From the sequence record MN988561.1: DNA of 64,000 nucleotides; one strand, given 5' to 3'. Under the pieces are notes generated by a model. It made no database searches. It was not told the origin of the DNA and saw only the letters and a program-made list of their open reading frames with translations. Within the stretch, counting starts at the first letter, position 1; each line of letters starts with the position of its first letter. Below are positions 55,647 to 64,000 of this stretch, in pieces. The position numbers and the translations under genes were made by a program.

Positions 55647-57059
55647 TTATGCCGTAATCGTGATCTTCGTGATGAAGTTCGGTACGAGAACGTCGATAGC
55701 AGCCCATACTGCAGCAGCACGCTGGTTGATGAGCGGGTTAACGCCACCAGGTAGAGCTGAAGTAACAACGAGCGGCATGTACGGAGCGTACACGAGTGCA
55801 GACTCGAACGGAGATACTGCATTGTACATGCAGAGGATGGTGTCTGCGTTCAGAACGTTACCGTTAGGAACACGAACAACAGTCATACCGTCGAGAGTAC
55901 CGAAGATGTGAGGACCAATGGTCGAACCATCAGAGATCTTCACGAATCCAGGAAGCGTCTGGATGATAGCTGCAGCGTTACGTCCAGCGATCATGACGTT
56001 AACAGTACCACGACCAGCTACTGAGAGGATGTTAGCTTCTGCAACAGAAAGCTGATCCTTCAGAGACTGCTTGTGTTCGAAGTACGATACACCATCAGGT
56101 GCAGTCTTCGACCAGTTAACGTTACCGATAGCCTTAGCAGCTAGCTGAGCAATACCTGTGTTAACAGTTTCAGCGTTGATAGCTGATACGAGGTCGGTAG
56201 CAACTTCGTCTTCAGCGATCATGCCGAAACGACGACGTAGAGCATATGACTGCTCAAGACCGATGGTATCCTTCAGAGCGAATACGCGAGCATTAACGCT
56301 CTTCGTATCGAGCTTGAAGAGGATCTTCGGAATATCAGTCGAAGCTTCGAAGTCCGTAGCGAAGGTTAGAACGATGTTCTTACCAGCGGTAGGGTTAGCA
56401 GCGAAGTTAAGAACTACAGCACCAGTCGTGTAGTTAACGGTACCAGAGATACCGCGACCTAGGATATTACCCAGACCGTCATCGATAGAAGCTGGCAGAC
56501 CAGATACAGTTGTTTCAACTGTCAGCGATCCTGGACGAATCGGAGGATTCGAGATCGTGATGTTGTAAGCAAGCTGTGCATCAACAGTAACAACTGGAGC
56601 CATCGTTAGACGGTCACCAGCGAAGCCCTGAGGAGCTACCTGTTCGATGTCAGTCGCACCAGCGATCATCTGACCTGCAGTAACGTTACCACGAGTCGTC
56701 TGAGCGATGACGTTCTTGTAGTATACAGTACCGCGTTCTTCATCGATCGGCTGAACCGATGCGATAGCTGAAAGTGGCGATGTACCATAAGCTACAGTGA
56801 TAACGTCGAATGCAACGTTAGGGATCTTACCTAGCTGAGCTAGTGTACCGTCTTCTTCGCAGAGAGCCTTATAGACTTCGAAAGATTCGAGCTGCTTACC
56901 AAGAGCGTATACGTCCTGAGCAGTGATCGAACGAACCTTCGAAAGTACAGATTTACTTTCAAGAGACTCAACGAAGGTACGGTACTGCTTGAGATAACGC
57001 TCAGCGTCCTTCTCAACCTTCTGACCCTTCAGTTGTTCAGCAATAGAGATGTCACTCAT
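55647..57059 (-). CDS. Major capsid protein (T4 gp23-like)
   Basis: SVQPI....G.VYY, ARVFALK, DLVSAINAE, YAPYMPL; strong codon bias. Confidence 0.93.
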   Translation of the reverse strand: MSDISIAEQLKGQKVEKDAERYLKQYRTFVESLESKSVLSKVRSITAQDVYALGKQLESFEVYKALCEEDGTLAQLGKIPNVAFDVITVAYGTSPLSAIASVQPIDEERGTVYYKNVIAQTTRGNVTAGQMIAGATDIEQVAPQGFAGDRLTMAPVVTVDAQLAYNITISNPPIRPGSLTVETTVSGLPASIDDGLGNILGRGISGTVNYTTGAVVLNFAANPTAGKNIVLTFATDFEASTDIPKILFKLDTKSVNARVFALKDTIGLEQSYALRRRFGMIAEDEVATDLVSAINAETVNTGIAQLAAKAIGNVNWSKTAPDGVSYFEHKQSLKDQLSVAEANILSVAGRGTVNVMIAGRNAAAIIQTLPGFVKISDGSTIGPHIFGTLDGMTVVRVPNGNVLNADTILCMYNAVSPFESALVYAPYMPLVVTSALPGGVNPLINQRAAAVWAAIDVLVPNFITKITITA

Positions 57060-57079
57060 TATTTTGTATTCCTATTAAA

Positions 57080-57973
57080 TTACTTAGAGAATGATTCCAT
57101 GAGACGGCTGGTCAGACTTCCACCACGTGTGCGGAGCTCAGATTCCTGATGATCTTCATTTAGAGATTCATTCTGGACTGGCTTCTTAGTCTTACTAGTT
57201 GCATCGTAACGATCAGCAACTGCATCACCCTTGATTGATTCAAGGAGAGACTTAGTTTCTGAAACACCATGCTTCTTGACCATTGCCTCAACTGCTTCGG
57301 ACTTAACTCCGAATTCGGTAGCGATAGATTCAACATCCTTACGGAATGCTTCATCCTTAGACTTAGAAACGATAGACTCAGTCATATCGAAAGCCTTAGA
57401 GATGTCTTCTGGCGTACCTAATGCAGCATAGCTCTCTAGGGTAGCCTTCAGATTCTTAATTTCTTCAGGATTACCTAGTGCCTCGTATTTACCGAGGGAT
57501 TCAAGCTTACTACCTAGCTCTTCAAGATTGCCAAGTTCAGAATAGTTACTGACAACATCTAGCATCCCACTGAGTTCGTCAGGAGATCCAAGATCCTTGT
57601 AATCTTCTACCAGAGTGTCGATACGGTTGAAAGCCTCAGTGAGCTCTTCTGGAGTACCAAACTCTTTATACTGAACAAGCATAGCTTCAGCTTCATCTAG
57701 AGCCTTAGCAACCTGTTCAGCTGTACCTAGATCCTTGTATCCAGATACGGTTGTCTGGAGATCAGCGACCTGACCTTCGAGAACAGTAACCTTGCGATTA
57801 CTATTAGCGACGGACTCTTCAAGTCTACCGATTTCCTTGTCCTTGAGTGCAATCGACTGACTAAGTGCATCAGCTTCATTCGTCTTAGACTTAACTGTGT
57901 TCAGAGCCTCATCAAGTGCTAGCTGGAGCTTAGCCTTGTCCTTTGAGAGAGACTCTAGTAATTCTGTGCTCAT
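57080..57973 (-). CDS. Nested in-frame scaffold protein
   Basis: Internal GGAG-N6-ATG giving MSTELLES at codon 207. Confidence 0.6.
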   Translation of the reverse strand: MSTELLESLSKDKAKLQLALDEALNTVKSKTNEADALSQSIALKDKEIGRLEESVANSNRKVTVLEGQVADLQTTVSGYKDLGTAEQVAKALDEAEAMLVQYKEFGTPEELTEAFNRIDTLVEDYKDLGSPDELSGMLDVVSNYSELGNLEELGSKLESLGKYEALGNPEEIKNLKATLESYAALGTPEDISKAFDMTESIVSKSKDEAFRKDVESIATEFGVKSEAVEAMVKKHGVSETKSLLESIKGDAVADRYDATSKTKKPVQNESLNEDHQESELRTRGGSLTSRLMESFSK

Positions 57974-58591
57974 GTTATTCTCCGAAATATTATCATCGGT
58001 ATCGATGTTGTCTTGGTTTTCACTTTCGACTAGTACAGGAATAGCCGTCGGTACTCCTGGTCTCTGCACAAAGTCGAATCCTTCTAACTTAAACGTATCA
58101 GGATCTATGACCTTGGAACCACTCTTGGTTGTTCCCTTGTACTCACCAGTTGCTCTTGAAGATACTTTAAGTCGAACTCCACCACGTAGTAGTGCATTTA
58201 GATTGCGACCAGCATCAGTATTTAGGACCTGGATTTCTCCCATCCCAACACCTGTATCTTCGTCGATCCAAAGCTTAGTGACTTTGTGACTTGCTTTACC
58301 TTCAAGTAATGATTGATCATCGAGAGGTTGCTCGTGACCAATTGTACCTAATACTTCACCGTAGGACATTCTTTCGGCACTCTCGAAGATCGCTTTCTCC
58401 CAGAGCTTGTCTGAATAGAATCGACCGTTGAGAGACTCACCGTTAACTGTAAAGAATGGTCCTGCGACTCTCGCTAGGATATTGACACCGTCAACAACAC
58501 GATCTTCTTCCGACTCAGTCATAACCGTCCAAGGCTTCATATGCTTAGGATCGATATTGAATGAGTCAACGATCAGTTTCTTTTCAGACAT
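57080..58591 (-). CDS. Prohead protease (gp21-like) fused to scaffold
   Basis: NGRFY, GHE, SHKV, VSSRATG, FDFVQRPG, then coiled coil. Confidence 0.9.
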   Translation of the reverse strand: MSEKKLIVDSFNIDPKHMKPWTVMTESEEDRVVDGVNILARVAGPFFTVNGESLNGRFYSDKLWEKAIFESAERMSYGEVLGTIGHEQPLDDQSLLEGKASHKVTKLWIDEDTGVGMGEIQVLNTDAGRNLNALLRGGVRLKVSSRATGEYKGTTKSGSKVIDPDTFKLEGFDFVQRPGVPTAIPVLVESENQDNIDTDDNISENNMSTELLESLSKDKAKLQLALDEALNTVKSKTNEADALSQSIALKDKEIGRLEESVANSNRKVTVLEGQVADLQTTVSGYKDLGTAEQVAKALDEAEAMLVQYKEFGTPEELTEAFNRIDTLVEDYKDLGSPDELSGMLDVVSNYSELGNLEELGSKLESLGKYEALGNPEEIKNLKATLESYAALGTPEDISKAFDMTESIVSKSKDEAFRKDVESIATEFGVKSEAVEAMVKKHGVSETKSLLESIKGDAVADRYDATSKTKKPVQNESLNEDHQESELRTRGGSLTSRLMESFSK

Positions 58592-59300
58592 CCTGAATCT
58601 CCATTAGGGACTTCAGATAGTCAACATTTGACTTCATCTCAAGTATTTTAAAGTACTTAACGAGCATTCCATATGTCAGGTCTTCATTGACATCCTGTGA
58701 CTCTAATTGAGAAGATAACTCTTCTGGTTCGAAATCCACGACTGTCGATAACGCTGATAATACCTCAACTTGTTCTACAAGTCTCAGTAGTAATTCGAGT
58801 TCGTCATATGAAATGTCTTCATACTTGCCATCATGAACTTTCTGTTCAAGAGAAGCAAGGTGAGGTAGCGAATACTCAAGAAGAAAATCGAAATCTACAT
58901 CTTCATCCATGCTCGATCGGTAATATTCACCTTCGATGAATAGATGAGTACGTAGAGAACTTAATGCTTTAAGAGTCTCGTACTTCGTATTATCAATACT
59001 CTCGAATCTATTGGTAATACGAGTAGCAAGAAATCGACCGAGTTGTCGATGGAATTTCTTACCTTCAGTGGACTTATGCCACTTTCGTACACCTTTCAGA
59101 TGCGAGTATCTATGTCTTCTCCAGCTAGCTTTGCCTATCTGAGACCTTCTGAAATCTTTTACTTTAGATACCAGAGTTTTACGATTCTTAAGGAATATTT
59201 CATGCAGATCGTCAGGGATCGTGTCCTGACCGATAAGATCTATTCTCTCCATTTCTGTACAGAATAGAGACCTATCAAGATCTGATTTGAACTTGACCAT
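58584..59300 (-). CDS. Head morphogenesis-associated hypothetical protein
   Basis: Basic RRSQIGKASWRRHRYSHLKGVRKWHKS segment plus acidic C-terminus; between portal and protease. Confidence 0.65.
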   Translation of the reverse strand: MVKFKSDLDRSLFCTEMERIDLIGQDTIPDDLHEIFLKNRKTLVSKVKDFRRSQIGKASWRRHRYSHLKGVRKWHKSTEGKKFHRQLGRFLATRITNRFESIDNTKYETLKALSSLRTHLFIEGEYYRSSMDEDVDFDFLLEYSLPHLASLEQKVHDGKYEDISYDELELLLRLVEQVEVLSALSTVVDFEPEELSSQLESQDVNEDLTYGMLVKYFKILEMKSNVDYLKSLMEIQDV

Positions 59301-59369
59301 GATTATATCCTACACGGAGGGTCGTGCTACCGTCCCTCCTCCTGGAGTTATCTGAGGATTAAACGACTA

Positions 59370-60914
59370 TTAAGATGGTGCTGAACCATCGTCGTCTTTA
59401 CTATCCGAATCTTTAACAATCTTAGGTTCTAATTTAGAAGTCTTGGGACTGGGTTGATTCGTATTTCGGCTATTGCCTTTATGTTCACCATCGTATTTCA
59501 AGAAGTTCAGCTTATCCTGAAGGAATGTCTTCAAGGCATCTTCGTCAACAATATCATTCAGACCTGCCTCTTCAATGTCATTCAAGAAGGTGAAAGTATT
59601 ACGCAACATACCAACGGTAGCGTCATGATACTCTAGCTTCTCGAGTTCGTCAACATTGACTGTTTCATTAAGGAACTGAACTTCTAGATCTGCGAGAGTT
59701 ACATCGCGAGTAGCAGTACAATTCTTCAAGTGAGTTAAGCAGATTTGAAGAACACCAGATGCAATACTGTTCTGGATGGCTTTAATCTTACGCAGATATC
59801 TAGCGTACTTCTTAATAGTCTCTGTCTTGGATGCTCCACCGAAGAAGAGCTCTGTAGGGAATCCAATTGATGTACAGATTACGTCTCGAGTATCTCGAAT
59901 CGTATTCATAACGTCACTGACATTACTATTATTTCGAACGTCGATATTCTGCATACCACCTTTACCAGCAAAGGTAGGTACAACTTTAATTCGACCTGCA
60001 ACAGTTAGAATATCTGATGCAGTCAACATTCCTGACTGTGGATCAACAGCAATCTTCTTATTGAAGAGATTTTCATACTCTCTCGCAATATTGAATGCTT
60101 CCTTAGGGTCAGTTGATGCAGGAACTTCTACACCAACGATAGATCCAGCTGTAATATCGGAAAGCTTAACTGCAGGAATCAATTTCTCAAGAAGTTGTAG
60201 CTCCTTGATCTTTGATAGAACTCCGAACAGAATAGGCTTGCCAATACGAGCATGAGATGGTAGCTGAGATAGTCCTTCAATTTTGGACAATTCCTGCTTC
60301 TCATGTTCTGAGAATGTAGGTACTCTGATCTTGCGACCAGAAAGAATAAAGTGAGCGATCTCGTGAGGATCTTTCAATTCATAAGAATCTTGATTAGAAC
60401 GATTCTTAGTCTTGACAAGAAACTTGAACGGATAACCCTGACGATAAAATCCGAGAATTGCTGATGGATTCAGATCGTCAGTAATTTCAGTCACACCCTT
60501 ACCAGGTTGGATTGTCATACGAAGAGGGTACTCACCATATGAAAGCAAGTCTGGCGTAATATCATTTACGATATTATCAAGGTCGAACATCTTCTGAAAC
60601 TTCTCAAGTTCTCTATTGTACTTCTCATTAGGAGAAGTAACTTTGAGAATCTCACCTGAACTGATGTCTGGAGTGAGAGCGTCTTCAGAGATATTTGTGA
60701 GAAGAGCATCAACCAAATAATAACCTTTGACCTGATTGAACTCTTTAAGGTAATCATCTCTCGAATTCACTGCTGACGTGAAGACAGATGCCATAGCACT
60801 AGCTACAACTGGAGATGCTTTAGGAGTTGCACCTGTAGACTTCTTAGCTACAGGTGCAGGAGTAGTCTTGGCTTCGAATACTGAGCCATATAGTCTTTCA
60901 AAGAGTCCTGCCAT
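59370..60914 (-). CDS. Portal protein (T4 gp20-like)
   Basis: Size, position, DLLSYGE, EIAHF, YARYL. Confidence 0.85.
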   Translation of the reverse strand: MAGLFERLYGSVFEAKTTPAPVAKKSTGATPKASPVVASAMASVFTSAVNSRDDYLKEFNQVKGYYLVDALLTNISEDALTPDISSGEILKVTSPNEKYNRELEKFQKMFDLDNIVNDITPDLLSYGEYPLRMTIQPGKGVTEITDDLNPSAILGFYRQGYPFKFLVKTKNRSNQDSYELKDPHEIAHFILSGRKIRVPTFSEHEKQELSKIEGLSQLPSHARIGKPILFGVLSKIKELQLLEKLIPAVKLSDITAGSIVGVEVPASTDPKEAFNIAREYENLFNKKIAVDPQSGMLTASDILTVAGRIKVVPTFAGKGGMQNIDVRNNSNVSDVMNTIRDTRDVICTSIGFPTELFFGGASKTETIKKYARYLRKIKAIQNSIASGVLQICLTHLKNCTATRDVTLADLEVQFLNETVNVDELEKLEYHDATVGMLRNTFTFLNDIEEAGLNDIVDEDALKTFLQDKLNFLKYDGEHKGNSRNTNQPSPKTSKLEPKIVKDSDSKDDDGSAPS

Positions 60915-60922
60915 TTGCTTCT

Positions 60923-62758
60923 CTACTTGTAAACTTGGAAGTCACTCGTACCTAGAATGCCTTCATAACTATTAGTAGGCTTACTACTTGAAGCGATAGC
61001 CTCAATGAATTCTTCCGTTGTCGTATTCGCACGATAACGATTCATACCGAGTTTAGCGCTCCAGATAGATCCGCAGATAGCATCAGCACCGTCTTTACTA
61101 CCTTCCATAGGATGGTCGACCTTACGAGTACCGACTTCAAGTTCTTTCAATTCTTTACTTAGGATAGGATGCTTGATCCCATGCCATCTACTCTCAAGAA
61201 TCGCAAGCTTGAATTCATTGTAAGGATCGAAAGTTCTATCGCAAGATAGAAGTTCAGTATTGAAACCTTCTAGGAGCAAGTCCTGTCGAAGATTTGTTGA
61301 CTGATAACCATCAGTAGTAATGCAAGTGACTGGATAACCTCGAGCTCGAAGATCAATCATAAGATTCTTGATCTTATAAATTGGTACTTCTTGACCGATA
61401 CGCGCCTCGATGTACATGACAAAGTCAGTACTGTATACCGGTGAGGACTCAACGATCTCCTTACCTGCGATAGCGTCAAATCGCTTCGTAGTAATGATAC
61501 CATCAAGTCTCGTCGATGCAATACCAGTTTTATCGTGTTTGATACCAAGGTCAACATGAATAAATCTCGGACGACGATCCTTGTCAAGTTTAGTGAAGTC
61601 AATAAACTCAATCAATCTCTCATTCGGATTGAAGAAGTCAACAGATACCACATCCTTGTGAACAGGATTATCTTTCTTGAAGGACTCTTCGATCTTCTCC
61701 ACTGATGGAATGAATCGATGAGCTGCCTGAGTACTCTTACCAGCGATGTCCTGAAGTGCTCGGTAAATATCTTTCTCGAAGTTTACCTGATACTCAATTG
61801 GGACATCCATGATGTAGGATTCGTCAATACCAATCGTTCCAGTTTGTGGAGTGATAATGAACGGATCCTTGAATTGGTTACCTACGAATACCTTAAAGGT
61901 CTGACCAGAATACTGAATCTTCCACGGAGGGAGAACCTTCCAGATCGGGTTGTCCCAAATTCTAATCTTAGGATCGTCTTCTCTGCCCTTAAGTAGATAA
62001 TCTTCGATGAATGAACCTGAGTCAGTCTTCGAGGAATCGATCCACATACGTCCTGGGTACGATTCATTCTTCATGAAACGTGACTGGAGACGAGCTAGAA
62101 CACCGTTATAGTTCTCGACTGCCTGACCTGCAACCTTATTCTGGAAGTTAATTTCCGATAGAATAGTTGAGAAGACAGCTTTACCGAGAACGTCTGATGG
62201 ACGAGAACCTGTAATGATATCGATATTGTTAGGAAGAATCGACAACTTACCTGAAGTCTTCTTCATCTCCGATTTGAAGAATGGTGAATTCTTAAGGTAT
62301 GTAATAATCTGATCGTAAAGAACAGTACCAGCTAGACTCTTCGTAGCGTTCATCAGAGCCAAGACGATCTTGGTACTCTTGATGAGATTATACTTTTCAT
62401 GCGGATCCTTAAGATACAGCAACTTACATAGATCGTAAGTCACACCTGCAAGTGCGCATGTAGACTTACCTTGACCGATCGATCCTGTAAGAACGATCTC
62501 AAGATAAGGTGAGAAGAATGGATTTGGGTAGATCTCATAAAGAGCGCTACGCCAGATCGGATAGGTATTGTCACCAAACATGTCACCCATGAAGTAATCA
62601 TCATCGATGAATTTGTCAATGGTAGGTGGAGCATCTACGTACCCTCCCATTTTAGCGAGAGTACGTAGTGTTTCAGTCTTACCATGAGCAGCCATGAGAT
62701 TCTGTACAAGAGCTCCCATCGACTGATCAACAGGACTCGTGTTATTCTCAGTGCTCAA
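60923..62758 (-). CDS. Terminase large subunit
   Basis: TGSIGQGKS Walker A, ILSE Walker B variant, HVDLG, KVDHP..GSKD.ADA nuclease motifs. Confidence 0.92.
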   Translation of the reverse strand: MSTENNTSPVDQSMGALVQNLMAAHGKTETLRTLAKMGGYVDAPPTIDKFIDDDYFMGDMFGDNTYPIWRSALYEIYPNPFFSPYLEIVLTGSIGQGKSTCALAGVTYDLCKLLYLKDPHEKYNLIKSTKIVLALMNATKSLAGTVLYDQIITYLKNSPFFKSEMKKTSGKLSILPNNIDIITGSRPSDVLGKAVFSTILSEINFQNKVAGQAVENYNGVLARLQSRFMKNESYPGRMWIDSSKTDSGSFIEDYLLKGREDDPKIRIWDNPIWKVLPPWKIQYSGQTFKVFVGNQFKDPFIITPQTGTIGIDESYIMDVPIEYQVNFEKDIYRALQDIAGKSTQAAHRFIPSVEKIEESFKKDNPVHKDVVSVDFFNPNERLIEFIDFTKLDKDRRPRFIHVDLGIKHDKTGIASTRLDGIITTKRFDAIAGKEIVESSPVYSTDFVMYIEARIGQEVPIYKIKNLMIDLRARGYPVTCITTDGYQSTNLRQDLLLEGFNTELLSCDRTFDPYNEFKLAILESRWHGIKHPILSKELKELEVGTRKVDHPMEGSKDGADAICGSIWSAKLGMNRYRANTTTEEFIEAIASSSKPTNSYEGILGTSDFQVYK

Positions 62759-62766
62759 GTGAAATC

Positions 62767-63270
62767 CTATTCTTCAGTTGTTTTCTTAGGTGGAGCAGCT
62801 ACAGCATTAACATTCAAGTTAGATAGAATCGCAGAGACGATCGCTTGAACGTCGGTACCTGCTTGAGTCTTATCTGCTGGATCAGTTGCAGCTAGAGCGA
62901 GTAGCTGAGCTTCAACATTACCCCAGTCGATTGACTTAAGAGTCGATCTAACATAAGACGAAGATTCGTTAAGTGCTTCAACACCCATCTTGTAGAGACC
63001 AACCAGTTTGGAGGGTTCTAGATTACGAATCGTATCTTCACTGAAGACCTGACTTTCAAGATTATATACAAGCGCAGATAGATTCGAGACTCTCTTAGCC
63101 TGAACTTCTGCTAGACCGAAGAGGGCCAGTTGAAGACCGACCTCCTTGATTCTCCAGTCATTGAATCCATTTACCTTACGATCGACAAGCTGAATAGCGT
63201 AGTCAATCGATTTCGTTAATTCTGGTGCTTGGGAACTTTCTGAGAATTCATCAGCCAGATCATCACTCAT
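62767..63270 (-). CDS. Terminase small subunit candidate
   Basis: Helical 167-aa protein directly upstream of the large terminase; AAGGAG SD. Confidence 0.55.
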   Translation of the reverse strand: MSDDLADEFSESSQAPELTKSIDYAIQLVDRKVNGFNDWRIKEVGLQLALFGLAEVQAKRVSNLSALVYNLESQVFSEDTIRNLEPSKLVGLYKMGVEALNESSSYVRSTLKSIDWGNVEAQLLALAATDPADKTQAGTDVQAIVSAILSNLNVNAVAAPPKKTTEE

Positions 63271-63295
63271 CAGGTTCTCCTTAATTGAATAAAGT

Positions 63296-63321
63296 TGGTG
63301 TCCCGATTTCTCAGGACACCA
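63296..63321 (-). terminator. Terminator-like hairpin just upstream of the small terminase RBS
   Basis: TGGTGTCCTGA-GAAA-TCGGGACACCA followed by ACTTTATT (G-U pair on the - strand). Confidence 0.7.
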
Positions 63322-63354
63322 TAGTATTATTACATTATATAAATGCCCTTATAA

Positions 63355-63640
63355 ACTGGGCGCTACTAAAAATTGATAAAGGGAGGAGATCAAATAACTT
63401 TGACGAGGATAGTTACGATCTCCTCCCATGCTACTCAGAAAGAGGAGTAGCCACTCAGGCGACAAGACAGACTAGAGAGCTCCAGCACAAACTCAATCTA
63501 GCGAAACGTCTCGTCAGCCAACTACCAAGGAGAGGTTCCCAGTAAGAAGCGCTTCTCATGTATTATGAAAGCTAGTTCTTCCAGAAGGGTTACCTTAAAG
63601 AACTTTCCGACCGGCGTATTGCGGCGCACCCTTCTTCTGA
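63355..63640 (-). ncRNA. Unassigned multi-helix structured RNA candidate
   Basis: ACTGGG/CCCAGT closing stem enclosing GACGAGAC/GTCTTGTC, GCTACTC/GAGTAGC and GGGAGGAGATCG/TGATCTCCTCCC helices; AGAAGGGT/ACCCTTCT domain upstream. Confidence 0.5.
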
Positions 63641-63733
63641 GGAGGACCGACTTACATTATCAATTATTGGATAATTGTATAATAACTCACGACAAAATAA
63701 AACGCTCTTTCTTTCTTGATTCACGGTTACCTA

Positions 63734-63762
63734 CAGCGAATTGAGCTCTCAAAAGCCTTCCT
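63734..63762 (+). promoter_or_regulatory. Conserved bipartite motif copy 3
   Basis: CAGCGAA-N10-AAAAGCCTTCCT pointing out of the window. Confidence 0.6.
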
Positions 63763-63949
63763 CTACGTAATGCCAGGACCCTCCTTATTATCACATGACA
63801 TTCCACACGAGATTGCATTCGCATTATTCTTATTATAAGAATTGTAATAGACTTTATTACTTATCTCGATTTATCCTACCTTATGGAATTTCATTTTCTC
63901 CTTATTAAAATAAAAATTTTACGAATTTTCACGATCTGACTTTCTTAAT

Positions 63950-64000
63950 TAGTTATTATATTATAATAATTATAATTATTATATAATTATTATAATAAGA
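63950..64000. repeat. A/T-only low-complexity tract with 22-bp perfect palindrome
   Basis: TATAATAATTATAATTATTATA at 63962-63983. Confidence 0.6.

Noticed and set aside
63490-63520. Hammerhead ribozyme (CTGACGA on the - strand, CGAAAC on the + strand)
   Set aside because: The two core halves lie on opposite strands, and no GAAA follows stem II on either strand.
63285-63545. 86-aa + strand ORF
   Set aside because: TTG start with no SD, it begins 15 nt from the divergent terminase start, and the region is better explained by - strand RNA structure.
63871-63905. AAGGAG-led mini-ORF MKFHKVG on the - strand
   Set aside because: Seven codons with no supporting evidence. Read-through gives only a short, unrecognisable frame.
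1-64000. Alternative genetic code, introns or inteins; many short antisense ORFs in the track
   Set aside because: Genes are long and tightly coupled in code 11, polymerase, terminase and beta-prime motifs are uninterrupted, and the short ORFs are shadows of real genes.

Overview
A 64-kb segment of a large, AT-rich myovirus genome with T4-type head and contractile-tail genes. About ten N-gaps hide missing sequence and truncate or artificially fuse several late ORFs. The + strand (1-20.6 kb) carries: an RNA cassette (tRNA-Leu(UAG), seven tandem structured RNAs, a TROVE/Ro60 gene, tRNA-Leu(UAA)); replication and nucleotide genes (NAD ligase, primase, Cas4-like nuclease, dCMP deaminase, DinG helicase, HD hydrolase, UDG-PolA fusion); and a transcription module (two paralogous sigma-like proteins and a bacterial-type RNA polymerase beta-prime). 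The - strand (20.6-63.3 kb) carries terminase, portal, protease-scaffold, capsid, sheath, tube, tape measure, baseplate, fibres, lysis genes and SGNH/beta-helix appendage proteins. Main observation: upstream of Ro60 are seven Y RNA/YrlA-like units. All share one scaffold (G-UUGCGA / AUCU-C internal loop between two stems whose sequences differ in every unit but always pair). Six carry a different circularly permuted tRNA as cargo, and an eighth minimal copy sits at the Ro60 ribosome-binding site. Other leads: a 3-copy CAGCGAA-N10-AWAAGCCTTCCT promoter-like motif, an MSR(A/S)xxL(I/L) N-terminal motif shared by five proteins, a +1 slippery site in the tail chaperone, and a structured RNA upstream of the small terminase. 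Product calls come from motif recognition only; no database searches were run.
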